IMG/VR virus record: IMGVR_UViG_3300010334_000023
Coordinates: 62,001-126,000 of that record
Strand: one strand, 5' to 3'
Length of the DNA stretch: 64,000 nucleotides
Shown: positions 1 to 10,231 of the stretch, piece by piece
Layout of the letters: every line of letters starts with the position of its first letter
Numbering within the stretch: position 1 is the stretch's first letter
Notes under the pieces: generated by a model
What the model was told of the DNA's origin: nothing
Databases searched by the model: none
Seen by the model: only the letters and a program-made list of their open reading frames with translations
Translations under genes and position numbers: made by a program

Positions 1-226
1 ATAAATGCTCATAATTAGGAGTCATCTACATGGCAAAAACACCTGCCGCAGAGGCACCCAGGGCATGACATGCCCTGGGTGTTTGGCAGTGGATACGATC
101 CCGGCTTGGCAATTGGCTGGGCTAGCATATGGACCAACGCATTAAACATCGGACCATGATAAATAGGTATTGAAATGATTATGGGGCAACGGTGCCCCGT
201 AGGCTTAGAACGCCAAGGAGTTTACA

Positions 227-1339
227 ATGGGACGTCCCCTCAAGAAGAAATATTTTGGCAATGTCACTGCCAGCGGACAGGCAATCATAGGCAACGCATG
301 GATACAGGGCGACACAGTCGCACGTCCAAGCTGGATAGTAAAGCAGCTGACCAGCAGCAGCTATCAGTGGCTCAGTGTCAACGGACAGGGTCCAGCAACG
401 CCAGGCCAGTGCTATCTAGTCAACGGACCAATCACGGGTCCAGGACAGGCCAACATCGCAGTTTACCCATATGGCGGCGAAGGCGGCGGCGCAGTTGCTG
501 CCAATGCTAACCTAGGTGTGTACGCTGGCACTGTCATAGTGGCCAACACGGGTTCTGTCACACAGGATTACGGCGTGGGCAACGTGCTCAGCTTGACAGG
601 CGGCACATACACTGGCAACCAACAGGCCAACGTCACTGTAACCAGCGTCAAGGTCGCAGCTGACAACATATCCACAGCGGGCACACGTTACAGCGTGGGC
701 GACACACTGACCTTCAGTGGAGCAGGTTACAGCACTCCTGTGGTTTTGACAGTTAGCTCAGCCAATGGCACAGGTGGTATCACAGGCGTGAACATCACCA
801 ACGGCGGAGTTTACACCAGTGCTGCCTTGCCCGCAGATCCAGTGGCATCAACTTCCAACGTAGCAGCCAACGTGGATGCCAACGGTGCCACGTTCAATTT
901 TGTCTGGGGCATCAACGCATTCAGCGTGGCAAACATAGGCGACTACACCACACTGCCTGCCAATCCGGTCAGCCTCAGCGGTGGTGGTGGTACAGGCGCA
1001 ACCATCAACGTGACTTACCAAGTCAGCAGCGTACAGGTCACCAACGGTGGCAGCGGATTTGATCCCGGCAACGAAGCCAGCGTGACATTTGGCACAGGCA
1101 ACGCCACAGCAGTGGGTGTGGTCAACGCAGCCGGTTCTGTGACCAGTGTGACTGTGACCAGTGGCGGCAGCGGCTATGTGGCATGCCCCACAGTGTCTCT
1201 GAATCCAATCAGCACACCCACACTGGCTGCGGAGATATATGACAACACTGTCAAGAACTTCATTGGTCAGACTTGGAGTTGGTTGCCAAACGGCTATCAG
1301 TTGCCTGGTCCAACCTGGGCACACTTGAACACACAATAA
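227..1339 (+). CDS. Virion structural/decoration protein with G/T/N/V-rich beta repeats
   Basis: 370 aa; MGRPLKKKYFG N-terminus; VTNGGSG(Y/F) repeats; TAAATA at 160-165 and AAGGAG RBS; paralog of 1452..3218. Confidence 0.6.
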   Translation: MGRPLKKKYFGNVTASGQAIIGNAWIQGDTVARPSWIVKQLTSSSYQWLSVNGQGPATPGQCYLVNGPITGPGQANIAVYPYGGEGGGAVAANANLGVYAGTVIVANTGSVTQDYGVGNVLSLTGGTYTGNQQANVTVTSVKVAADNISTAGTRYSVGDTLTFSGAGYSTPVVLTVSSANGTGGITGVNITNGGVYTSAALPADPVASTSNVAANVDANGATFNFVWGINAFSVANIGDYTTLPANPVSLSGGGGTGATINVTYQVSSVQVTNGGSGFDPGNEASVTFGTGNATAVGVVNAAGSVTSVTVTSGGSGYVACPTVSLNPISTPTLAAEIYDNTVKNFIGQTWSWLPNGYQLPGPTWAHLNTQ

Positions 1340-1377
1340 CCCTTGCCTGCTGTTGTAGCTGGCAGACTCAGGCGATG

Positions 1378-1413
1378 CCCCCGGAGAACCTTAGCGATCC
1401 GGGGGTTTCGTTT
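1378..1413 (+). terminator. Intrinsic terminator
   Basis: CCCCCGGA...TCCGGGGG stem followed by TTTCGTTT. Confidence 0.7.
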
Positions 1414-1451
1414 GGCTAAATATCGCACGCATAGCCACTAGGAGATATCAC

Positions 1452-3218
1452 ATGGGCCGTCCCGTAAAGAAATCATACATGGGTCCGTATACCCTGCCAA
1501 ACGTAGTGCCTCAGAGCCAGGGATCGCTGATACAGGGCACAGCATGGTTCCCTGATCTCAACGGCACGGCACTGGCATTCCTTGACAAGCAAGTTGGACC
1601 AACCAGCTACCTGTTCCGCAACGCAGCCGACTACACCATGCTCAGTGGTCCTTGTGAACTGGTACCAGGTGACGTTACTGGACCAGGACAGGCCAGCGTG
1701 TTAGTGTACCCTTACCTTTACACCGATGCGTACGGCGCAGAAGCCTACGTGGCCAACATCAGCATCGCTTCAGTGACCGTGGACAATCCGGGCACTAGTG
1801 GATTCCTTGCTGGGAACTTCCTGGCCATCAACACGGGCATATATGCTGGGGGCGAAGGCATCGTGGAAGTGCTGAGATTCACAGGCACAAACTTCGCTGT
1901 GAGCGGTGGCAGCAGCTTTACCACCAGCAGCACCATAAGTTTCAATCTGGGCACAGGTGGCACCAATCCTCTACAGGCACAGGTAGACGTGACCACGGTT
2001 GATCTCAGCGGCGCTATCACTGGATTCAATGTCATAGTGACAGGCAGCAGCACTGGCACAGCCAGCACATCAGGAGGCAGCTTTGATGCCACCACAGGCG
2101 GCGGCACGGGCGCAGTGATCACATTTGATACCATCCTTGACAAGGCTCACCAAAACACCTATGGCAATCCTCTGTCCATAGCCAATGTGGGTTCATACAC
2201 AAAGCCAACTTCATATAATGCCGATATCTACTATCTCACAGGAGGTGGCGTTGGTGCCACCATCAACGTCAGCGCTTGGTTCAGCAACAGCATCGTGGTT
2301 TCATCAGGTGGCACAGGTTACAGCCAAATAGACCCGCCGCCTGTGCTGATATATGACCCATTCATGAGCGGTGTACAAACAGCCGTGGCCACTGTGAACG
2401 GCGGTGCCGTGACTGACATAGAATTCACCGGCACTCGTCGCACGTTCCCACAGAGTGAGCGCGGCGCACATGACAATGGTCGCATGTTCCCTGCTGTGGC
2501 AGTCGATCCACTGGCAGTGCCCACAGCAACTATCTCCAGCTACGGACCTGCCAGCTGGGATAATTCCTCTGATATCGTGAACGGCGGCAGTGCCTACACC
2601 CAGGGTGACACGCTCACGCTGGCAGGTGGCACCTACATTGGTGATCCTGCCACAATCTATATCAACTCAGTTGACGGAACTGGAGCCATAGGCACTTTCT
2701 ACTGGAACTATGCCACAGCTGAATACACAGCATTCCCTGCCAATCCAGTGAGCTTCACGGGCAGCACCGGCACAGGATTCCAGATCAACATCAACACCAA
2801 GCAATTGGCGCCATACAACATCACAGTGACCAATCCAGGTGGTGCTCCGGGATACAATGCTTGGGGACCAGAGGGTCCTCCAGTGTTTGTCACACCAAGC
2901 GGTCCGAACACTGGTCCAGAAGGTGCCATATTCTATCCAGTGGGCAGTCCTGACATAGGCATCACAGGCGTTACCACAGGTGGACCAGAAGGCCAAGTGG
3001 GTGTGTATTATGCCAACGCTGTAGTACAGATAGGGTTTGTACCGCTACAGAGTCCCAACAATCCGCTGCCACAGGCACAAAAGATCATGGACCGCACGGT
3101 TCTAACCTGGGACAACCAGATCTATTCATGGTACTTGATAAGTACCACCAACATCCTGCCAGACCCAACTTGGGCCTATCTCCAAACTGGTGGTCAGCAG
3201 ATACAAAATGGCGGTTAA
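1452..3218 (+). CDS. Virion structural/decoration protein, paralog of 227..1339
   Basis: Shared N-terminus (MGRPVKKSY...IQGTAW...GPGQA..VYPY) and C-terminus (I.D.TV....YSW...PTWA); TAAATA at 1417-1422; AGGAG RBS. Confidence 0.6.
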   Translation: MGRPVKKSYMGPYTLPNVVPQSQGSLIQGTAWFPDLNGTALAFLDKQVGPTSYLFRNAADYTMLSGPCELVPGDVTGPGQASVLVYPYLYTDAYGAEAYVANISIASVTVDNPGTSGFLAGNFLAINTGIYAGGEGIVEVLRFTGTNFAVSGGSSFTTSSTISFNLGTGGTNPLQAQVDVTTVDLSGAITGFNVIVTGSSTGTASTSGGSFDATTGGGTGAVITFDTILDKAHQNTYGNPLSIANVGSYTKPTSYNADIYYLTGGGVGATINVSAWFSNSIVVSSGGTGYSQIDPPPVLIYDPFMSGVQTAVATVNGGAVTDIEFTGTRRTFPQSERGAHDNGRMFPAVAVDPLAVPTATISSYGPASWDNSSDIVNGGSAYTQGDTLTLAGGTYIGDPATIYINSVDGTGAIGTFYWNYATAEYTAFPANPVSFTGSTGTGFQININTKQLAPYNITVTNPGGAPGYNAWGPEGPPVFVTPSGPNTGPEGAIFYPVGSPDIGITGVTTGGPEGQVGVYYANAVVQIGFVPLQSPNNPLPQAQKIMDRTVLTWDNQIYSWYLISTTNILPDPTWAYLQTGGQQIQNGG

Positions 3219-3250
3219 CAGCCTAGCATACGCAATAGCCTATAGATGAC

Positions 3251-3277
3251 AACGCCGGCGCGAAGCCGGCGTTTTTG
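3251..3277. terminator. Terminator between convergent genes
   Basis: AACGCCGGC-GCGAA-GCCGGCGTT then TTT. Confidence 0.75.
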
Positions 3278-3301
3278 TATCTACTGTAGCGTAATGGTAT
3301 C

Positions 3302-3550
3302 TTAAGCCAGCTTTTCTTGCAGCGCCTTGAGACCGCAGATAACGCTAGCGTCGTCCATGACTGTGACAGGACCACGCTGCCATTTTGGAGCGATTGTCTT
3401 GAGATCTTCACTAGTGATCTCTGTAGCAGGATCAACTGTGCCCCAGTTTTTAACTGACTTTTCAGTGAACTCAATCTTCTTTTCTGTGAGCAGTGCCTTG
3501 GCACGGTCGCTGTAGGTGTCGTTCTTGAATGTGTAGATGGTAGTAGCCAT
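3302..3550 (-). CDS. Glutaredoxin-fold protein lacking CxxC
   Basis: TIYTFKNDTYSDRAKALLTEKKIEF matches the Grx N-terminus with DTYS in place of CPYC; AGGAGG RBS before ATG 3550. Confidence 0.6.
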   Translation of the reverse strand: MATTIYTFKNDTYSDRAKALLTEKKIEFTEKSVKNWGTVDPATEITSEDLKTIAPKWQRGPVTVMDDASVICGLKALQEKLA

Positions 3551-3592
3551 GATCAATCCTCCTGGATGGTTGCCGTCATATTTATTGCTGTG

Positions 3593-4093
3593 TCATATCA
3601 GCTTGCGGATATCAAGGCTTTCTGGGATCTTGCCTATGTCCTTGAGGAAGTATGCGCAGTAGGGTCCCTGCTTATCGCTCAGCGGCACTGCCAGCATGTG
3701 CCCGTTTTTCAGCTTGGGGAAGTACCACTTGACGTCTGGCCAGATGTTGATGATCTCCAGCTTGAGGAAGTTGGGCATGTATCCGTTGATGGGATTGTAA
3801 CAGAACACATCAAAGTCCTTGTCGTTGAGATAGATCAGTGGCATGATCTCCATCTCACCGCTGTCCTTGTCACCAATGATCACGCTCCAATCCAGAGGCA
3901 TCTGTAAGCTGAAGTTGCCTATGCGCAGATCCACGCAGGGGCTGTTGAAGCTTTCAAGGAATATCAGAGGTACAAAGTAGTAGTCAACGTTGCTTTGATC
4001 GCTGTAATCCAGCACACCAAAACGCACGTCGCCCACGTCGTCTGGTATCTGGTTTAGGTTATATGAGGTATTTTCCGTGGTCAGTATCTTCAT
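3593..4093 (-). CDS. Phage hypothetical protein downstream of uvsW
   Basis: Clean ORF with coding-like composition; start MKILT preferred. Confidence 0.6.
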   Translation of the reverse strand: MKILTTENTSYNLNQIPDDVGDVRFGVLDYSDQSNVDYYFVPLIFLESFNSPCVDLRIGNFSLQMPLDWSVIIGDKDSGEMEIMPLIYLNDKDFDVFCYNPINGYMPNFLKLEIINIWPDVKWYFPKLKNGHMLAVPLSDKQGPYCAYFLKDIGKIPESLDIRKLI

Positions 4094-4132
4094 ATCACCC
4101 ATACTTAGTGATAGATTGACTGAAATGTAGGA

Positions 4133-5599
4133 TTATTCTACCGTGGTTCTGTCTACTTTTTCAATGGTGAAGTCGTATTTGGCCTGTGTGTAGAACTGCT
4201 TGCGCTTGGTCAGATGCTTGGCACTGAACTTACAGGTGCTGGTTAGATCCCAGATCTGCACGAAGTCCTTGTCTTCAGCCTTGCGCAGGCCACGACCAAT
4301 GCTCTGGATCACACGCACAAAGCTCTTGCCAGGTTCGAGCATGACCAGATTGAACAAGCGAGGCACGTTGATGCCAACGGCTGCCACGCCATAGGTAGCT
4401 ATCAACACCTGATCATCGCTGATAGCAATGTTGTCATACTCTTCCTTGCGGTCCTTGGTCTTAACTGCGCCGCTGATGAATGTGCTGCCTCGGATGTATT
4501 CTTCCAACATCTTGCCAGTTTCGATGCGATCAACCAACACCAGAGTATTACCGCTGTCCTTGATAGCACCAATCATCTTGGCCATCCACTTGATGCGATC
4601 AGTGTCAGTGGTGAGGAACTTGAGCTCTTCCTGGTAGTTGGTATATTTCACTGTCTCGCGAGTCTGTAGCACGTTCACGTGGCACTTAGCCAACACGCCG
4701 CGATCCTGTAGCTCATGCGCAAACAGATCGCCCACGTTGGGTCCTATGCTAGCCAAGAGACTGATCTGGTTCTCTTCTTCTTCGGGTATGGTACCAGTGA
4801 GGCCCCAGCGTATGGGAATGTGGCGGAAGTTGTTGGTCAGCAGCTTGGTCAGCACGTCTGCCTTGGCCATGTGTGCTTCGTCCACGATGATGCCCATGAG
4901 GTCACGCATGAATATCTCATGCTGATGATCATCCAGCGCATCCTTGCTCTTCTTGTCCAGCACGTTCAGGCTCTGCCATGTGCAGATGGTGTGCGTCCTA
5001 TCGTATTCCTTGCGATCACCGTAGAGCACGCCCACGTCCAACCCCAGATTTCTGTAGTCTATCTCAGTCTGCTCAACCAAGCTCTTGTTGGGCACGATCA
5101 CTATGCTGCGGCCATAGGGTTCAATCAATCCGCTGAGCGTAGCTGTGATCAGAGTCTTGCCTGCGCCTGTAGCAACCTGTTGAACTGCTTGTAGATTTTC
5201 CACGAATGTGTTGATTACATCCACCTGGTAGTCACGCAGCAATATCTGCTGTCCGGCACGCTCATGACCCTTGGGCCATACCTTGTGAGCATGTGCTTGA
5301 TCGGTAACCGTGTTCAAGCTCAGCTCATAGCGCAGCCGGTTGTCTTCTATCTCAAAGTCGTAGCCATGCTCCTGAAGGATTGGCAGCATGCGATCTAAGA
5401 GACTGAGATAGGTACGCCCTCCCAGAGTAGCAAAGCTCTTGGTTCCGTCCCAGCGGCCCAGCTTGTAGGCTGCGCTGTAGCGTGCGCCTGGTATGAAGTA
5501 TTTCACAGCGTTCACGCAGGCCTTGCGAGCAGCCAGATCGAGATTGTTCATCTTGATGTTGACTTCGTCTTCAATCTCTATCACACAGTGCTTGATCAT
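4133..5599 (-). CDS. uvsW: UvsW-like superfamily 2 DNA helicase
   Basis: LRDYQ, ATGAGKT, DEAH, GLTGT, QSIGRGLR motifs; ATG 5599 follows a TTGTGT-17-TATACT promoter. Confidence 0.9.
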   Translation of the reverse strand: MIKHCVIEIEDEVNIKMNNLDLAARKACVNAVKYFIPGARYSAAYKLGRWDGTKSFATLGGRTYLSLLDRMLPILQEHGYDFEIEDNRLRYELSLNTVTDQAHAHKVWPKGHERAGQQILLRDYQVDVINTFVENLQAVQQVATGAGKTLITATLSGLIEPYGRSIVIVPNKSLVEQTEIDYRNLGLDVGVLYGDRKEYDRTHTICTWQSLNVLDKKSKDALDDHQHEIFMRDLMGIIVDEAHMAKADVLTKLLTNNFRHIPIRWGLTGTIPEEEENQISLLASIGPNVGDLFAHELQDRGVLAKCHVNVLQTRETVKYTNYQEELKFLTTDTDRIKWMAKMIGAIKDSGNTLVLVDRIETGKMLEEYIRGSTFISGAVKTKDRKEEYDNIAISDDQVLIATYGVAAVGINVPRLFNLVMLEPGKSFVRVIQSIGRGLRKAEDKDFVQIWDLTSTCKFSAKHLTKRKQFYTQAKYDFTIEKVDRTTVE

Positions 5600-5636
5600 C
5601 TCACAGTATACCTCATAGCCTGCTATCACACAAGCA

Positions 5637-5662
5637 GAGAGGAGGGATCGCTCCCTCCTCTC
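5637..5662 (-). terminator. Hairpin after groEL
   Basis: GAGAGGAGGGA-4 nt-TCCCTCCTCTC 11-bp stem; weak U-tract. Confidence 0.6.
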
Positions 5663-5687
5663 AGTATTTACAGCGATGTGAATCAGA

Positions 5688-7319
<1,632 letters not shown>

Positions 7320-7326
7320 TTACTCC

Positions 7327-7617
7327 TCAGTTTTCAATAACGGCAAAAAGTTCTTCTTCTTTGAGGACAAGTAGGTCTTGCCCGTCAATCTTGATCTGTG
7401 TGCCTGCATACTTGCCAAACAACACGCGATCATTCACGCTAACATCCAGCGGGATATAGTTGCCGCTATCATCCTTGGTCCCTTTGCCCACAGCAAGCAC
7501 TGTGCCCTGGTCAGGCTTCTCTGCTGCAGTGTCAGGGATGACGATGCCGCCCTTCGTGACAGTCTCGCTGTCCACGCGCTTCACTATGACCCGATTATTA
7601 AGCGGTCTCAGTTCCAT
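7327..7617 (-). CDS. groES: Co-chaperonin GroES
   Basis: [30 protein letters not shown]; AAGGAG RBS before ATG 7617. Confidence 0.97.
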   Translation of the reverse strand: MELRPLNNRVIVKRVDSETVTKGGIVIPDTAAEKPDQGTVLAVGKGTKDDSGNYIPLDVSVNDRVLFGKYAGTQIKIDGQDLLVLKEEELFAVIEN

Positions 7618-7643
7618 CGTAGTCTCCTTGGTTAAATGGAAAA

Positions 7644-7670
7644 TTAGCACTCCATCAGTGGCAGTGCTAA
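7644..7670. promoter_or_regulatory. CIRCE element (HrcA operator)
   Basis: TTAGCACTC-N9-CAGTGCTAA, one mismatch to TTAGCACTC-N9-GAGTGCTAA, upstream of groES. Confidence 0.88.
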
Positions 7671-7678
7671 CACCTCAT

Positions 7679-7707
7679 AATATAGTCGGAGAATCTACTG
7701 AAAGCAA
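7679..7707 (-). promoter_or_regulatory. Sigma70-like promoter of groESL
   Basis: TTGCTT-17 nt-TATATT directly upstream of CIRCE. Confidence 0.65.
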
Positions 7708-7709
7708 GA

Positions 7710-8051
7710 GCCGGTTACGCGAGCGTCCACTCCTCCGGCGACCTTTATCGTAGGTCCGTTCACTGCCGCCTAATACCACCTGCTCACGCAGCTGGCGCTT
7801 ATCAAGCCTACGCACCCAGCGTCACGACCATGCCGTATAGTAGCGCCGTCAGGTCCCGGGACCTAGGCTGCTGTGCTGCTCCAGCATAGAAAAGCAGTCA
7901 GCCACTAGCTCGTCACCAGGCGTTACTCGATAGATGCGCTGGACGACTGGGCTCAAGGCCCGCGCTCCCGAGTTGCCAGCTGTGCGGACCCTGGGTGTTG
8001 ATCCTAGGCAGATTCCCATCAGCGGCAACTCTTCTGATGGCACACAGCTCA
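7710..8051 (-). ncRNA. Candidate large structured ncRNA, unclassified
   Basis: No credible ORF; own promoter; nested stems, 8-bp pseudoknot, long-range pairing, GNRA loop. Confidence 0.6.
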
Positions 8052-8056
8052 GCTAT

Positions 8057-8085
8057 AGTTTATGCGGCTTGGATGCTATTAGCAA
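8057..8085 (-). promoter_or_regulatory. Sigma70-like promoter of the candidate ncRNA
   Basis: TTGCTA-17 nt-TAAACT. Confidence 0.6.
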
Positions 8086-8144
8086 TACAGAGACAAAGAC
8101 GCAGCCAGTTTGGCTGCGTCATGTTTGTTTTATGCTGTTGGATA

Positions 8145-9173
8145 TCAAGCAGCCCTGCGATGGCAGCTCTTGGCAACCACTGACTGCCAGTTGCGCGGCA
8201 TGGCTTTACGCATGTCGCTGATCTTGAGGATCATGCGCAGGCTGAGCTCGCGAAGGTTATCCGCATGTGTCATGACATAATCAAGTACTTCAGATTTTTC
8301 CTGCTCATTGAACCCATAATTGCGCAGCATGTCGTGGCGTTCCACGGTGTTGCGGATGTGAATGAGCTTCTCGCGCTGAGAGTCAATGCCCAGATCCATG
8401 TAGTGGCAGCGGCTCACGATGGCTTCCAAATGGTTCTTCAAGCGCTCGCTGCGTACCTGATCAAACTTGAGGTTGGTGATGAACACGATGCCACCCTTGT
8501 ACTCGAAGCTGTTGGGCACACCGCTCTTCTCCAGTGCCAAACTGCGATGGTTGTAGCTGATGCGACGAGTCTTCTTGCTGTCCAGAGCAGCCTTGAGCAA
8601 GTTGAGGCAGTCCTCATCATAGAGCACGTTGTCGCAGTCATCAAACACCAGCACCTGTCCTTCCTCACGGAAGTAGTAGAGCTTCTCTACCAGCATGCTA
8701 GCACTGCATCCACCGCTGATCACTTCGTACATCTGTCCCATGCCATTCAAGCGGCCCAGCACGTCCAGCGTGTCATGCAGCGTGGTCTCCACAGTGTAGC
8801 TCTTACCAATACCAGCTGGACCACTCACAACCAAACCCTTGACGATGTTAGCCGCAACCGCGCGGCTCATGTCTTCGAGAATATCAAAAGTCTCTTGCAG
8901 TTCCTTGCGGATCTGATCATCTGTGCGAGCCTGCTCTGCTACTGGTGCCTTGGCTGCTGTGTGCAGCTCGCCAACATAGCTAATGTGAGCAGAATCGTTC
9001 ACATAGATGCGGTTGCGTCCCGCACGCAAGCCAGGTACATCTGCGCCATCTACCGTGATATAGATGCCGTCCTTGTCGCGCTTCTGCGTCTCAAGCAGCT
9101 TGAGAGAGACATTGCTTACGCTGGCTCCGCCGCGTGTGCGACCCTCTGTAACGTGTACGTAGCTTGCTGACAT
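8145..9173 (-). CDS. AAA+ ATPase
   Basis: GPAGIGKS Walker A, VLVFDD Walker B, FITN sensor, SRC; GGAG RBS before ATG 9173. Confidence 0.8.
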   Translation of the reverse strand: MSASYVHVTEGRTRGGASVSNVSLKLLETQKRDKDGIYITVDGADVPGLRAGRNRIYVNDSAHISYVGELHTAAKAPVAEQARTDDQIRKELQETFDILEDMSRAVAANIVKGLVVSGPAGIGKSYTVETTLHDTLDVLGRLNGMGQMYEVISGGCSASMLVEKLYYFREEGQVLVFDDCDNVLYDEDCLNLLKAALDSKKTRRISYNHRSLALEKSGVPNSFEYKGGIVFITNLKFDQVRSERLKNHLEAIVSRCHYMDLGIDSQREKLIHIRNTVERHDMLRNYGFNEQEKSEVLDYVMTHADNLRELSLRMILKISDMRKAMPRNWQSVVAKSCHRRAA

Positions 9174-9206
9174 GCTTTTGGCTCCGTTGTGCTCTCGTAT
9201 GTCCAT

Positions 9207-9244
9207 ACAATAGCACAATATGAGGTGCTGTCAAGCGGTTTTTT
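9207..9244 (-). promoter_or_regulatory. Early sigma70-type promoter
   Basis: AAAAAACCGC-TTGACA-16 nt-TATTGT with TG extension; near copy at 35791-35828. Confidence 0.7.
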
Positions 9245-9307
9245 CAGCATTATAGGCTTGAAATCATTGATGAAAATAGTGAAAAAACCGTTAAAAATAC
9301 CGCAGAT

Positions 9308-9772
9308 TCAGCCTCGAGTGTCCAGATGCGCATCTTCCATGCCCTGTATGCGCAGGCGCACGATATTGCTGATCTGGAACTGCTTCACGTCGAGGCCTTT
9401 GATCAGTGCCAGATACTTGTTGCGCACAAGCGCAACTTCGTTGATCAGCGTGGCCATGGTGACCACGTCATCTTCCCCATCGATGTACTTTTCGATGCTG
9501 CGATCAGTAAGCTCGCGCTGATAGCGTTCCAGATACCTGCGATAGTGATCGCTGCGTAGCTTATCATACTTTATGTTTAGATGCTTGAGTATGGCTTCAA
9601 CTTCCTGCAGCTGTCCAAAGCGATAGGCCATTATGCCGCTGAGTTCTTGGGCGGCTCTTTCGATGCCGCCCACGATCTTGGCTTCGACCCAGGAACCTTC
9701 CAGCTGATGTTGATACCAATCGATCGCATCTGGCAGCATAGCCATGTCATCGACGACTCGATTATACCACAT
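9308..9772 (-). CDS. uvsY: UvsY-like recombination mediator
   Basis: Helical 154 aa protein; KYIDGEDD, RNKYLALIKGLDVKQFQISNIVRLR; near uvsX. Confidence 0.75.
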   Translation of the reverse strand: MWYNRVVDDMAMLPDAIDWYQHQLEGSWVEAKIVGGIERAAQELSGIMAYRFGQLQEVEAILKHLNIKYDKLRSDHYRRYLERYQRELTDRSIEKYIDGEDDVVTMATLINEVALVRNKYLALIKGLDVKQFQISNIVRLRIQGMEDAHLDTRG

Positions 9773-9785
9773 GATTTATACTCGG

Positions 9786-9986
9786 TTATGTACCAAACTT
9801 ATTGTAAAGTTCCCAGAGCTTCCAGTCCATCTGATGAAGGCACTGCAGCATGGCAAACTGTACTTCTAGTTGAGCAGCTGCGATATCTGTCATATCTCGG
9901 CTATCAAGCGCAGAGTCAACTCGCTTCTGTAGCTGGTCTATGAAAACGTCCTGTGACTCGTTCTTTTGCCTGGTCATGTCTATCAA
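9786..9986 (-). CDS. Hypothetical protein
   Basis: 66-aa ORF overlapping the upstream stop (ATGA). Confidence 0.55.
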   Translation of the reverse strand: MIDMTRQKNESQDVFIDQLQKRVDSALDSRDMTDIAAAQLEVQFAMLQCLHQMDWKLWELYNKFGT

Positions 9987-10228
9987 TCATCCTCATAGTC
10001 AAGATCATATTCATAATCTTCTTCCACTGGTTCACCAGTATAATGCGCATCGATGGCACTGTCAAGGTGATCATCTTCGCCTTTTATGGCTTCAAAATCA
10101 TCTCGATCCATGCCTTTGTCTGCGAAGATGTTGACCAATCTCCTAGCCATGTCTTCTCTCTTGTTGTTTGGAAGGAGGTCATTGACCACCTCCCAGACTT
10201 CTAATAGCAGGCTTGCTCCGATTTCCAT
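9983..10228 (-). CDS. Hypothetical acidic protein
   Basis: 81-aa ORF tightly packed after uvsX, with GGAGG RBS. Confidence 0.65.
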   Translation of the reverse strand: MEIGASLLLEVWEVVNDLLPNNKREDMARRLVNIFADKGMDRDDFEAIKGEDDHLDSAIDAHYTGEPVEEDYEYDLDYEDD

Positions 10229-10231
10229 CTA

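Noticed and set aside
7708-7740. GAGCCG hairpin resembling group II intron domain V
   Set aside because: Stem geometry and bulge do not fit DV, there is no RT or maturase, and no gene is interrupted
7845-7880. GTCAGGTCC resembling SRP RNA helix 8
   Set aside because: The required GNRA loop and GGAAGCAGC partner are absent
8265-9170. Long antisense ORFs (also 13778..14644, 25376..26068, 55900..56682)
   Set aside because: Shadows of well-supported opposite-strand genes, with no motifs or RBS
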